A stretch of 64,000 nt of DNA, taken from Carpediemonas membranifera BICM. Its lineage: Eukaryota; Protista; Fornicata. Positions 22,975 through 33,529 of the stretch are shown here, one piece after another; within the stretch, counting starts at the first letter, position 1, and each line of letters opens with the position of its first letter. The notes under the pieces were generated by a model. The model saw nothing but the letters and a program-made list of their open reading frames with translations. It was not told where the DNA came from and ran no database searches. Location of the stretch: contig JAHDYR010000025.1 in NCBI GenBank assembly GCA_019828565.1, forward strand, positions 1 through 64,000, read 5' to 3'. The position numbers and the translations under genes are program-made.

Positions 22975-25816
22975 GATACACGAGCTCTCCACCAAGGCCC
23001 AGACCGACGAGCTACATTCGATCCTCCGTCGGTTCGATCACCTATTCGACCCCGTCATAAGCAAACAGCCGTGCTCGTTTGCCCCTATGCGCATCCCGCT
23101 TTACGACAACGCCCCTCCGATCCGTCTTCGCCCGCGCAACCTACACCCGAAGAAGCTGGAGTGGCTGTTGCCATACGTCGAGCGCCTGCGCCAGGACGAG
23201 ATCACACAGCCCTCTGAGGGGCCTTACGCAAGCCCCATCGTCCTGGTCGCAAAGGGCGACGCCTACCGTCTCTGTATCGACTACGGCCGCCTCAACTCTT
23301 GGACAGTACCCGACCGGCACCCGATCCCCAACATGCGAGAACTCCTCAACCTCGCGTCGGGCTGCACACGCTTTGCGACGCTAGACCTGACGTCGGGCTA
23401 CTGGCAGGTGGCCATGCACCCAGACGACGTGCCTAAGACGGCCTTCACCGCCCCGGGCGTCTACGAGGAATTCCTCAGGATGCCGTTCGGCCTTTGCAAC
23501 GCGCCTTCTCACTTCCAGCGGGAGATCGAAGGCATGCTCGCCCCACTGTTGTACAAGGGCGCCAACCCCTACATCGACGACATATTCATCTACGCCCGTG
23601 ACGATGACTCCTTCCTACGCATTCTCCGCGACCTGCTCACACGCGCGGACGCTGCAGGCGTTCAGTTCAGCGCCAAGAAGGGAGTCTTCGGCACCACCAG
23701 CGCCAAGATTGTCGGCTTTACGGTCGACCAGGCCGGAGTACACGTCGACCCAGCCAGGACCCAAGCCCTACGCGATCTACCTGCACCCACCAACGTCCAC
23801 GAGCTTCGCGTAGTCCTCGGACAGTTCCAGTACCTCGCATCATTCGTTCCCCATACACGACACGAGTACATGAGACCTCTCAACGATCTTCTGCAAAAGG
23901 ACCGTCTGTGGGAATGGACAGCGGAGCACGACGCCGCTTTCGACGGCCTGAAGACCCTGTTCACTGACGATCTCTTTATCGCACATCCGGACGCCGACGC
24001 CGACTGGACGCTCGAGACAGACGCTAGCAACATCGGAGCAGGCGGCGTACTATGGCAGACAAAGGACGACAAGACACAGGTCCTCGCCTACTTCTCTCAC
24101 ACATTCACGTCAACCCAGTCGCGCTGGGCCACGTGTGAGCAGGAGCTATTTGCCATTGTCTTTTGCCTTACACACCCGACCCTGTCACCCCTCCTACGCC
24201 TGAAGAGGTTCCTCCTACGGACCGACCACCGTAATCTTATTTACATGATCGCCAAGTCATCCGAGAACGACAAGATCAACCGGTGGAGACTGACATTAGC
24301 AGACTACAAGTTCGATGTCGAGCACGTTCCCGGCCTACAGAACGCAGTCGCAGACGCGCTGAGCCGCTGCGGTCACTCGACCTCGCCCACTGTCGCAGCC
24401 ATCACGACTGACTCCCGCTACCATGACACACTCATCAAACACCAGACAGACGACTCTACCGTCTCCAAGCTGACCGTAGACAGCGACGGTCTTCGCCGCA
24501 AGGACGGCCTCGTCGTCATCCCTACTTCAACCGTGTGCAGACCCCTCCGAAAGGAGCTGATACAGATCGCCCACAGAGGACACCACGGCGCCAAGGCTAC
24601 CATCGAACGCCTGAGAGCAGACGGCTATACCTGGACAGGCTGCACAACAGATGTCGAGGAGTTCATCGCCTCATGTGACGAGTGCCAGAAAGCTCGCCTA
24701 CGCAACTTCGCCGAGGCAGAGCTCCGCACAACAGCAGTGTACAAACCGTTCCACACTGTCGCAGTGGATACTATTGGTCCAATCCCGGCAGACGCAGTCG
24801 GCTCCAGATACATCACAGTTATGGTCGATATGTTTACTCGCTACACTGAGTTGGCCGCGACGGACGAGAACACAGCTGATGCAGCGTCAGAGGCCCTCTG
24901 GCGCCAGGTGATTACCCGTCATGGGACTCCCCTGTTCATCAAGTCCGACAACGGGCCTGAGTTCACCGGCAACGTCGTCAAGGCCCTGCTCGAAAGCGCG
25001 GACATCACCCAGCAATTCACCCTCCCCTACCACCCTCAGTCGAATGGGCTGGTAGAGCGTCGTAACGCGGAGGTCATGAAGCATCTTCGCTGTTTGATCC
25101 TCCAATTCGACAAGTTCTCCCGTTGGAGCGACCTCCTTCCGGTAGTTCAGCTGCTGCTGAACACAACCACCTGCAGCGCCACTGGGGTCACACCCCACGC
25201 CATGCTGTATGGAGACCAACTCGACCCCAGCTCCACAGTCGCTAGAATCCTCCGACCGAGCGACAATGACTCGCCCCTTGCCTCAGCCTCAGCCTACATC
25301 ACTTTACTTCGAGCCCACCTCTCCAAGTTGACCTCTAGGGCGGCCGAGAAGCAGCGCGAGACTGTAGACAAGCGCCTCGCCAAGGCCAACGCCGACCGCC
25401 AGCCGACTAGCTTCAAGGAAGGCGACCTCGTCCTGCTCAACCGGACGAAGACCCCAAAGCTGCATGGCTTCGCCGGCCCGTTCAAGATTCTCGCCATCAA
25501 GGACAACAACACCCTTCAGCTGGTCGACCTTTTCGAGAGCGCCCCCTTCATGGCTCACGTAGACCAGGTCCTTCCTTTCAACACCAAGTCGGGGCTCAGC
25601 CGCCTGAAGAACCTCGCCGCCTCCGACGAGCAGACGTACGTCGTGCAAGGCATCGAGAAGCACCGTCGCCGCAACGGCACACTGCAGCTCCTCGTCTGCT
25701 GGGAGGGCGACTACGATCCCACATGGGAACCCGCTGACGGGCTCCGCCACGTCACTGCGGCACGTGACTACCTCAAGTCCCACAAGCTCAAGCTTAAGGG
25801 GGGTAGGATGTCATAA
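22793..25816 (+). CDS. pol: Pol: RT, RNase H, integrase, chromodomain (+1 frame relative to gag-PR)
   Basis: LDLTSGYWQ, MPFGLCNAP, YIDD, TDASN, TDHRNL, HHCC, SDNGPEF, VERRN, GPF, and the chromodomain LVCWEG...TWEP. Confidence 0.95.
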   Translation: MCSLDATCFARSVISPRVASTSHFFRIHARRTPPMASPLHKYLDAPVEAVSSSEFHTDACEIHELSTKAQTDELHSILRRFDHLFDPVISKQPCSFAPMRIPLYDNAPPIRLRPRNLHPKKLEWLLPYVERLRQDEITQPSEGPYASPIVLVAKGDAYRLCIDYGRLNSWTVPDRHPIPNMRELLNLASGCTRFATLDLTSGYWQVAMHPDDVPKTAFTAPGVYEEFLRMPFGLCNAPSHFQREIEGMLAPLLYKGANPYIDDIFIYARDDDSFLRILRDLLTRADAAGVQFSAKKGVFGTTSAKIVGFTVDQAGVHVDPARTQALRDLPAPTNVHELRVVLGQFQYLASFVPHTRHEYMRPLNDLLQKDRLWEWTAEHDAAFDGLKTLFTDDLFIAHPDADADWTLETDASNIGAGGVLWQTKDDKTQVLAYFSHTFTSTQSRWATCEQELFAIVFCLTHPTLSPLLRLKRFLLRTDHRNLIYMIAKSSENDKINRWRLTLADYKFDVEHVPGLQNAVADALSRCGHSTSPTVAAITTDSRYHDTLIKHQTDDSTVSKLTVDSDGLRRKDGLVVIPTSTVCRPLRKELIQIAHRGHHGAKATIERLRADGYTWTGCTTDVEEFIASCDECQKARLRNFAEAELRTTAVYKPFHTVAVDTIGPIPADAVGSRYITVMVDMFTRYTELAATDENTADAASEALWRQVITRHGTPLFIKSDNGPEFTGNVVKALLESADITQQFTLPYHPQSNGLVERRNAEVMKHLRCLILQFDKFSRWSDLLPVVQLLLNTTTCSATGVTPHAMLYGDQLDPSSTVARILRPSDNDSPLASASAYITLLRAHLSKLTSRAAEKQRETVDKRLAKANADRQPTSFKEGDLVLLNRTKTPKLHGFAGPFKILAIKDNNTLQLVDLFESAPFMAHVDQVLPFNTKSGLSRLKNLAASDEQTYVVQGIEKHRRRNGTLQLLVCWEGDYDPTWEPADGLRHVTAARDYLKSHKLKLKGGRMS

Positions 25817-25869
25817 GGCATCCACGTCCGCAGTTTATGTAAATGTTCCAATCTCTTCGCCCCGGCACA
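25809..25869 (+). repeat. 3' LTR (61 bp)
   Basis: Identical to the 5' LTR; contains the pol stop codon. Confidence 0.92.
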
Positions 25870-26219
25870 GTGGTATTCGAATTTCAGAATTTCGGCATGT
25901 CCGAATTCCGAGGCAAGCGGGTAGGGTGTACAAAACCTGGCCTGGGTCCCTACTGGAGCTAATAGATAACAGTATCACCGTGTATTCGGTTTTCAGAAAT
26001 ATAACTTGTGTTGGTATTGCTATTTCAGAATTACTTCCAGTCCAGGAGATTGTCTTAGAATTTGGATGTTCATGACTACTTTAAAATTTTAAAAAGTTCC
26101 CATGAACCCACTCCAGCTCAGGATTGCGGATCTGAGCCAAGTTTAGGTCGAATCCAAGTATTTGATAATTTTGTATGTACGAAATTCTGAAATTGCAATA
26201 CCAACAGAAAACTCGTGAT

Positions 26220-26435
26220 ATGGAGGATCTAGCTGCAAATAGCGACGATATTGTTAAGCGCTGGTCTGATAGAGTTTCATTGAAGACGCGTAGTGTGTAC
26301 AAGAAGCACCTGGAGGACGTTTTGGCCAGCCTTTGCCAGGAAACAGGCGCTGAAATGCAGAAGGGCATCGAGATTGTCCGAAGCGACAACGTTACGACTT
26401 ATTTGGCCCATTATTTCGCTACAAAGACGCCTGCT
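26220..26435 (+). pseudogene. 5' part of a YR-like gene interrupted by the 21 kb element
   Basis: Homologous to the N-terminus of 39473-40834; continues at 47572. Confidence 0.8.
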
Positions 26436-26503
26436 CATACTGTCTCCGGGGGGGGTGAGGTACCCACCTCGAATGGGTACCTTACCCATGGGTAAGGTAC
26501 CCA
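26436..26503 (+). repeat. Left TIR of the C element
   Basis: CATACTGTCTCCG8TGAGGTACC...; ends in the perfect 30 bp palindrome TGGGTACCTTACCCATGGGTAAGGTACCCA. Confidence 0.95.
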
Positions 26504-27544
26504 CCGTATCTCGAATCTTTTCTAGATACGGTCCCGAAAAACCACCAACCAAGGCCGCCAGTTTTTTTTCCTGCAAGAGCTCAAGTCCGGTCTATGACTG
26601 TTCTAGAGCTGCCCACGCGGTCCCCTACACTCACATAGCAACAGTAGAGTGAGTCCAGTGCAATTACGTTGATACATGCGGAGATATAACAACCGGACAA
26701 AAAAATACAAACATGCTGCGTCATCGCTCTATGGTCTATGACAGGTCTACGAGCCGCTTCTGCCGCCCTGAAAACGTCCCTGACGCTTCATCGTCGAATC
26801 GTCAGATTTGACACATTGATGTGATCAAAATGGATTTGATAGACATGGGTCCAGATCCTGCAGTTGGCCATCCTGAAGCGCTAGGGCGGCCTGCAGACCG
26901 CAGCAATGCCTCTGCTGAATGCCCTTCATGCCTGACGGACAGGACGCGCGTTGACTCAAAAGGACTGCATGTTTCGGCATCAGAAGAAGGCTTGAAATAC
27001 AACGGAGTCATCGCCGAACCGCTCCGACCAAGTCGGTTATTAGGACATCGCGTTCAGACGGCCTCTGCAATTACCAAGTCAATAGATGGGAGTCGACCTG
27101 ATGAGCACGTCATTTTGGGCCCCATGTGACCCTATAGCTGAGCTTGGCTGGGCGCTGCTGCGGCCATGGGCCGCTAGTGCCCTTACTGGCTCGTTTCTCC
27201 TCGTATAGCGGCCGTAGAGGTCTGGTCTGAGCCTCGTTATAATAGTCTGCCCGAGTAGAGTCCAGCCATACCATAAATGCCCCCCATTCCCCCCCTCCCG
27301 GTCGCTCATACCTCCAAAATGGCCTATATTCCCTGTAGGAAGCTTAATAAGGGCCGATTTCCCATAAGTCGTGGCATAGAGGGAAGAGACTTTGTACACA
27401 GCCCCCTGATCGTGGGTTCAATTTTCACCGGGAGCAAATAGGTATTCTTGGCAGACAACGCCGCTCCGAGCTCTATCGCGCCCAGCGGTGCCTGCAGCGG
27501 CCAGAACAGAACTAGAATTCAGGTGATTTTTAATCTCGATCGAA

Positions 27545-28099
27545 ATGCTGCTGAAGCACGCTCTAGAGGAACTGAAGCGCTCTACGAAGGAGCAATACAA
27601 GCATACATATCAAAAACTGTGCGTTTACCTTGAGTGCGACGATGAGGATGCTGATGTTGTTATTTGCACAGAGATCCGACAAAATAGTGACGTATTCGAA
27701 CAGTTTCTGGACTCTCTGTCCTTCTGTCGCCGTTTTGGACGGTACAAGTCTATCTCGATGCCTCAAAAGGCTCTCGTTCGCCTTCTTCGCACTGCTGGTG
27801 CCGAAACCGACCTAATTTGCAGGATAAGGACTCACACGCTTCCGGCACGCCAGGTGCTGACTAACGAGGAGTACGACAAGCTCACGAGAGCTCTGAAGTA
27901 CGACATTGCCGAGTCACACCGCCAGCTCGCCCTGGTCGTTGCTCTCTGCCGGCTGGGATCGTATGTCGCAGACCTACGTGACTTGGACCTACCCGAGCTA
28001 CAGGAGTTGATGCAAGAGGCTGCCGTGGATCACCCTGCCTTTGAGACCCTTATCCGGATGTCCAAGGTCCTTGATTCGCTCTGGGGTAGTCCCCCATGA
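27545..28099 (+). CDS. Hypothetical protein, possibly a degenerate tyrosine-recombinase fold
   Basis: STKEQY, VLTNEEYDKL and LALVVALCRLGSYVADL echo integrase N-terminal and box I patterns; truncated copies near 10667 and, inverted, near 50090. Confidence 0.45.
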   Translation: MLLKHALEELKRSTKEQYKHTYQKLCVYLECDDEDADVVICTEIRQNSDVFEQFLDSLSFCRRFGRYKSISMPQKALVRLLRTAGAETDLICRIRTHTLPARQVLTNEEYDKLTRALKYDIAESHRQLALVVALCRLGSYVADLRDLDLPELQELMQEAAVDHPAFETLIRMSKVLDSLWGSPP

Positions 28100-28238
28100 C
28101 CGTCAGGCACGCGAACCGTATCCTGCACGAAGCGGGGATGCAGAGTCTGAAAAGACCCATCTCCCTGTCCGATCTGGATACCCCTGACGACAGATGGAAT
28201 GACTGAAGCTGTAAACATATCCATTGACTCTGAATCTT

Positions 28239-29168
28239 TTATTTCTCCATCTGCGAGTTAAGCCAGGCCACTGCCTTTCCCGTCAGATATACCTTACGCG
28301 TGTCGTGCGCCTTCTTTGTTGCTCTTGCGGCCGAAGCATCAACAGTGGCCTGCTTCAACAAATCTCGGCAGCTAGACTTCGGCGTCTTGGTGCCACGTCG
28401 CGTGCAGGCCCACTCTCTATCGTCCACAGACTCACCACACACAACGCATGACCCTGCGAATACGGTCGGTGGCTTCTCCTTCAGCTTCTGTCGAAGCAGA
28501 TCGCACATCGCGGTCTTGACGACGCGTCGAGATAATTCATCCGTGCGCAGGGTACTAACAGGCTCAACCAACAGCTCTGTCTGAGTAGACGCCTCCTCTA
28601 GGTCTCGCACAGTCTGAGTCTCTGCATGCTCACCCTGTGGCGAAAACTGCTGGCATTTTCCCACCATCCTCGGCTTATCAGGATCAGGACCCAGCGCAGT
28701 CATGTAAACAGGCACCTCAACCCGCTTCTCGACTATCTTGACAGGCTGGGAGCCCCTGCGGGAAGGGGCTTGCGGGTGAACTCGCGTCCTGGTCGGCCCC
28801 CCGTTCGCCTCGTTGTGCAGAGCCTCCATGAAGGCATTGAAGCCGTCATCACGGCCCACCTTCTGTGTCACAAACGACATGACGCATGTGACCGACATCT
28901 CAAAGGATGCAAAATCGTCAGCACTGGAAACATCGCGATTGTGGCAGATTGAGTTTCGAGCTGCCAACAGCTCGCGTATATGTCTCTTATCAGCGTGGTG
29001 AAGATCAGGAACACGATGTAGGATCGCTTGCAAAAGCATAGCCGGATCCATCTCGCCACCGTCACCACGGTACCTCGCGATGTACTCCTGCAGCTTCGGA
29101 ATCATCCTCAGTAGCGCTTCAAACATCATGCTGGCGTATCCTGCTGAATCCTTCGCCCCAGAGCTCAT
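28239..29168 (-). CDS. Swt1-like HEPN-domain protein with Cys-containing C-terminus
   Basis: Helical N-terminus with D-x-x-x-LL and an Rx4H motif (ARNSICH); CVVC near the C-terminus. Confidence 0.6.
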   Translation of the reverse strand: MSSGAKDSAGYASMMFEALLRMIPKLQEYIARYRGDGGEMDPAMLLQAILHRVPDLHHADKRHIRELLAARNSICHNRDVSSADDFASFEMSVTCVMSFVTQKVGRDDGFNAFMEALHNEANGGPTRTRVHPQAPSRRGSQPVKIVEKRVEVPVYMTALGPDPDKPRMVGKCQQFSPQGEHAETQTVRDLEEASTQTELLVEPVSTLRTDELSRRVVKTAMCDLLRQKLKEKPPTVFAGSCVVCGESVDDREWACTRRGTKTPKSSCRDLLKQATVDASAARATKKAHDTRKVYLTGKAVAWLNSQMEK

Positions 29169-29484
29169 ATCGGTTTCTTCAGAACGAAATTCTAAAGAAA
29201 TGTTCGCGGGTATGCCTGATCATCGCGCGTCGAAAGACAGCAGGAACGTACCCTACAGCTCAGGTTGAAGTAGGCTTGGCTTTGGTTCAACTGATAAATG
29301 CGCCATTGCTCCGTTTATATCATCCAATGTTAGGATGCCTTGCTATGATGATATACCGGTCACTACGCTTCTGGGCGACGGTGGAGGCTGATGGTATGGC
29401 AGCGCAGGGGCATGAAGCGGGTCAGAGGGGTGGGTAGTCAAGGGATACTGACCGATCTTGGAACTTGGATGATCGTTGTCGTGG

Positions 29485-29655
29485 CCAGATGAACTTGAGG
29501 CAGTGGTGGAGGAGGAACTCGCGGTCCGTGTGGGGCAGGGTCTCGCCGACGATGAAGGCCATGGAAGAGGCGGCCTGGGTCATCGAAGGGACCTTGACGG
29601 GGTCAGCCCAGTTGTAGTAGAGGTGGGAGGCGTTGTACGCGAATGAGGCGACGTC
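29485..29655 (-). pseudogene. Captured PIWI-domain C-terminal fragment
   Basis: Manual translation DVASFAYNASHLYYNWADPVKVPSMTQAASSMAFIVGETL...LKFIW matches the PIWI-clade pattern HLYYNWxGxxRVPAPCQYAHKLAFLVG. It is not in the ORF track. Confidence 0.75.
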
Positions 29656-30176
29656 ACCACTCCCTACAACGGCGCCAGGATGTGGTCAAGGGGGAATTTG
29701 CACTGAGTCACGTCGAACTGGTTGCGGGCGACGTTGTTATCGTGACGGTGAAAGAGTGAGGGGATCGGTCTGCCCCCGCCGCTCTCTCCATGGCACTCTC
29801 CCCCGTGCGCCACCCCTGATCACTACGTCTGGACCACTATTCTTCCACGGCGTTCTCTCCCTGGCGTTCTCATAGGCAATCTTCTTCTTGCCTTCCTGAT
29901 GTTGATATTAATTGTTTCTGTGTACACAAGCTTGCTAATGTCATTATAAGCTTCACGTAGTACTAAATCGTCTTGTATTCCCGGTATTATCGTCCATATG
30001 GCTGAGCATGAATAATGATGTTGATTACAAAGGAGGGAGAAGCTGGTAGTGGCTCTAGAGCAGACAACGTTCAATGTGCAGCACGCATAGAACAACAATC
30101 CCCTGAATATTACTGTAACTGATCATTCCACGGATTTCGTTTGCGACAGCGATCGCAAAATTGTGCACTTTATGGC
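29633..30176. repeat. ~545 bp dispersed unit, copy 1 of 4 (others 33540-34083, 35654-36197, inverted 41407-41952)
   Basis: Near-identical copies, each ending in GTGCACTTTAYGGC; 29131-30176 is duplicated as a block at 35154-36197. Confidence 0.95.
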
Positions 30177-30320
30177 ACGTCGAGAGACGGCAGAAACATA
30201 CCCTACAGCTCAGGTTGGCTCAACTGTTAATGTGCTCGTGGTCCGTGTGGGACACAGGGTCTTGCAGACCATAAAGTCCAGGGATGATGCGGGCTGTGGG
30301 TTCAGTTTTATTCATTCCGT

Positions 30321-31679
30321 CTACAGCATATTCAGCAATGTAAGCTTGTCCTTCTGTTGCACACGTATCTCACCACACCGCTTACACTCAGTGAACACTC
30401 CACCAGGACCAGGGAGGCGACTCGGTATGTGTATCTCCGTCGCGCAACAGGTGCTGCAATACCAGTGTCTGCATGCGTCACAGAAGGCTGCATTCGCGAC
30501 GTCTTGAGGCGGCTCCTCGACATTGGCTGACAGTGTAGTGGCACAGCCCCAGCATCGCCAGACACCGTCATTGTCATAACGGCGATCGCAGTCTGAACAG
30601 ACAAAGTTGATGTGGTCGAAGGTGGATCGCTTATGGTAAGGACACACGCAACTTATGTGAAAGCATGTCTTACAGATGGTACACTGCGCAAAAGCTTCGT
30701 CCGAATCAGCATCTGCCCAGTCCAACGAATGACACACACCGCAACCGTGAATGATGGCAATGTCTCTCGCCACGATAGGGTCGGCACGAGCAATCTCCTT
30801 GGCTGCCTGAATTTGGGCTATCTTGTCCGCAACAGCAGCATTGACAATCTCGCGAACCTCAGTCGTCTCGAAATGTATGGCGGCACCCGATACAGTTCGT
30901 TTGGGCGTTGCGCGTCTGTACGTTGTGCTTCCCGGCGACATGGCATCTTCCGGAGAGTCGCTCTGGGAAGCGATCTTACTCGAGTCATCTGGCAGCTCCT
31001 CTAACTTCTCTCGCTTGACCGGTAGGTCTGACTGGCTCACAGAGGAGCGTGGATCGGTGAACATCTCTGTCTTCGGGGCAGCTGCGGATAATGCAACAGG
31101 CTGGACGTCAGCCGCACGGATGATGCTTGTCGACCGATGGGCAGGCACGTTCACGTCGAACCGCACTGCAACTCCTTTGTCCTCCATCACCCATGAAGAG
31201 ACGAGGTCATAGATGGCGTTCATGGCTGAAGTCCGGGCGCTATAGCGGACGAAAACGCCGGAAACATCATTGTCACCATTAAATCTGCTTGAAATGGCGA
31301 CTTTGTATCTTACGCCCTTGTGTATGGTCTTGTCTAGGCCGAAGTCGATGAGTGCCTCCCTAAGTGCGCTACCTGATACATAAGATTTTGCAAAACCTTC
31401 CTCGTCGCCACTGCTGTTCTTCCCTGGGAGGCGTTGCTTCAGCTGGAGTTGAACGATCTTTGGGTGACATTCAAACACCACTGACAGGTTCTGTAGGAAG
31501 TTGCCAAAGGAATTCCATATGGCTCGGTGTTTCGTCCCTTCCTGCTTCCCTGTGAGGAATTCCTCGTTCGCAACGTAGCAGAATGCGTTCAGATAGAGCC
31601 GAAGAAGCTTCTTTCGGCGCCCAGAAACCGTATTCTTCGTTCCCATCAGCAGCGCTTGATCGTCATAAAGTGCACGCAC
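30321..31679 (-). CDS. PHD-finger protein with a second Cys-rich finger
   Basis: CGVC...CTICKTCFHISC...CSDC (C4HC3), then CWGC...CDAC..WYCSTC...CKRC; start codon uncertain. Confidence 0.75.
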   Translation of the reverse strand: MRALYDDQALLMGTKNTVSGRRKKLLRLYLNAFCYVANEEFLTGKQEGTKHRAIWNSFGNFLQNLSVVFECHPKIVQLQLKQRLPGKNSSGDEEGFAKSYVSGSALREALIDFGLDKTIHKGVRYKVAISSRFNGDNDVSGVFVRYSARTSAMNAIYDLVSSWVMEDKGVAVRFDVNVPAHRSTSIIRAADVQPVALSAAAPKTEMFTDPRSSVSQSDLPVKREKLEELPDDSSKIASQSDSPEDAMSPGSTTYRRATPKRTVSGAAIHFETTEVREIVNAAVADKIAQIQAAKEIARADPIVARDIAIIHGCGVCHSLDWADADSDEAFAQCTICKTCFHISCVCPYHKRSTFDHINFVCSDCDRRYDNDGVWRCWGCATTLSANVEEPPQDVANAAFCDACRHWYCSTCCATEIHIPSRLPGPGGVFTECKRCGEIRVQQKDKLTLLNML

Positions 31680-31748
31680 AATATCTCAGGGGGATCTTCC
31701 TGCTGGGCTGGCTAAGACCGGGTAGCACATCTTCACGACAGATCGACT

Positions 31749-32831
31749 TTATTCATTGTCCTCGTCAGCAGCCAGACGCTTCTCGCCCTCCGTAATCAAT
31801 GCCTTTCTTATGACCGGATCCTTATCATCGGGACGTTCGGGTAAGCCGAACACGCGGCGAAGGAGGTTGCGATTATCAGCTGTCTGCAAGCTGGTGATAA
31901 ACTTGTTGACTGTCGGGAGCATATCCTGCCTCTCTGGTGCATCCTCATCAAGCTTCCGGAATGTCAGGGCGAAAGAGATGCATTTCTGCGCGTGAGTGAT
32001 TTTCAGCGGCACAGCCTCATGAGAGAGCATCTGGCAGAACTCGGTTGGGTACAGAATGATATACTCAAATATATCACGCTGTTTGTCCAGCGACCGCTCT
32101 TTCTTTCCTGACATCTCCGCCATACGTGTCATCATGTGCTTGATTCCACCGCTAGGTCGAGAGCTGAGGGCACCAGGCTTCTTCAGTTCCACTCGCAGTG
32201 CGTCTGCCTGATGCTCAAGCTGAGCGGCGGAACAATCACTGCCTGCCATCTTGTAAATCGCCAGATGATACGCGATATACACTTGCCACATGGTCTGTGG
32301 ACCCGAGTTAACAGTCAAAATGGACTGGAGTGCATGAAGCTGCTCCACCGTCGGGTGCTCAGCTGCGTCCAGGGAGACGATGGTCCAATCATCAGACTGT
32401 TCGTTCGACCTGTCAATCGAACCACTCCAGGTCTTGGACAAGATCGTGTCAACATCATAGCACGACAAGTCATTCTTCCGCTTGTGATGCTTTGCGGCGG
32501 CGTCTTGGTCAGCGGGAAGGACAGTCTGGCCAGCGGGTGAGCCATCGCCTTGGACAGCGGGTGAGCCATCGCCTTGGACAGCGGGAGGGCCATCGCCTTG
32601 GACAGCGGGAGGGCCATCGCCTTGGCCAGCGGGAGGGCCATCGCCTTGGCCGGGGGGACGCTGATCAGTGGCGAAATGAAGACGAGCGTCATCGTCAGAG
32701 GCGTTCAAAGCGCGTGAAGCGCTGATGGCGTCCATGAGAACTATTTTGAACTCCTTCTTGAACGTCTGCGTCCGCTTGTTCTTAGGAATGGCGTAAAGCA
32801 TTGCCATAAGCTCTGAAGTGTCGAAATCCAT
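31749..32831 (-). CDS. Hypothetical protein with 24 bp (QGDGPPAV-type) repeats
   Basis: 360 aa ATG-initiated ORF; repeat at ~32527-32655. Confidence 0.6.
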   Translation of the reverse strand: MDFDTSELMAMLYAIPKNKRTQTFKKEFKIVLMDAISASRALNASDDDARLHFATDQRPPGQGDGPPAGQGDGPPAVQGDGPPAVQGDGSPAVQGDGSPAGQTVLPADQDAAAKHHKRKNDLSCYDVDTILSKTWSGSIDRSNEQSDDWTIVSLDAAEHPTVEQLHALQSILTVNSGPQTMWQVYIAYHLAIYKMAGSDCSAAQLEHQADALRVELKKPGALSSRPSGGIKHMMTRMAEMSGKKERSLDKQRDIFEYIILYPTEFCQMLSHEAVPLKITHAQKCISFALTFRKLDEDAPERQDMLPTVNKFITSLQTADNRNLLRRVFGLPERPDDKDPVIRKALITEGEKRLAADEDNE

Positions 32832-32860
32832 CGAAATGTTCTCGTGCAGATTTTGTCAGA

Positions 32861-33529
32861 ATGCGACTGACCACGAAGGAGACGTATACGATGCCAAGTG
32901 ATGACTATTGTCGTCTCTACAGCAGCAAGATCTTTACTGAGTTCAGTACCGATTGTTCTGCGTTTGGCTTTTCGAGATCGATGCTTGCTAACAAGTGTGA
33001 CATCAACGTGGACGAGAACGGCTTCAGTACTGCAGTTTCCGTCACTCAAGAAGAGCAATACTCCCTTATGGGAACTTCCGTTGGCAATGGGGTCATGGTG
33101 ATGTCCCCAATTGAGAAAGGCACCATCATCGGAGCGTACCGTGGTGAGATCGTCTCGACGCCGGGCCCCACAGCGGATTCGACCTATGTCATGTCCTTCT
33201 CGCAGAAGCTTGAGTATCACGTCGACTCCAGCGGTCTTCAGTATGGCTGTCACCTTATCAACGACGGCATGGGCTTCTACAACTGTGATGCCCACACGTA
33301 TCTCGTCTCCGTCATGGTGGATGACAAAGCCGTGAAACTGCCAATCCTCGTCATTGCGGCTACAGCCGATATCAAGCCGATGGAGTTCCTCTCCATTGAA
33401 TACGGCGATGACTACTGGCGCGGTAAGAAGCGTGTTACTCTCTTCCCCTTCTCCATGGGTCGTATGTGCTCTGCAACGACTAGCCGTGAAGAGATGGAGG
33501 CTGTCGTTGACAATGTGCTCGGTTTATAA
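32861..33529 (+). CDS. Stand-alone SET-domain lysine methyltransferase-like protein
   Basis: GNGV...IEKGTIIGAYRGE, HLIND...NC and ATADIKPMEFLSIEYGDDYW. Confidence 0.85.
   Translation: MRLTTKETYTMPSDDYCRLYSSKIFTEFSTDCSAFGFSRSMLANKCDINVDENGFSTAVSVTQEEQYSLMGTSVGNGVMVMSPIEKGTIIGAYRGEIVSTPGPTADSTYVMSFSQKLEYHVDSSGLQYGCHLINDGMGFYNCDAHTYLVSVMVDDKAVKLPILVIAATADIKPMEFLSIEYGDDYWRGKKRVTLFPFSMGRMCSATTSREEMEAVVDNVLGL

Larger units (their letters stand above)
21287..25869 (+). mobile_element. Ty3/Gypsy LTR retrotransposon with chromodomain integrase, 4583 bp
   Basis: Identical 61 bp TG...CA LTRs; GTGG TSD (21283-21286, 25870-25873); PPT AAGGGGGGTAGGA; domain order PR-RT-RH-IN; homologous empty site near 39110. 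Confidence 0.95.

Noticed and set aside
29823-30098. 91 aa ORF repeated in the 545 bp units
   Set aside because: Non-ATG start, no motif, and its conservation is explained by recent duplication.
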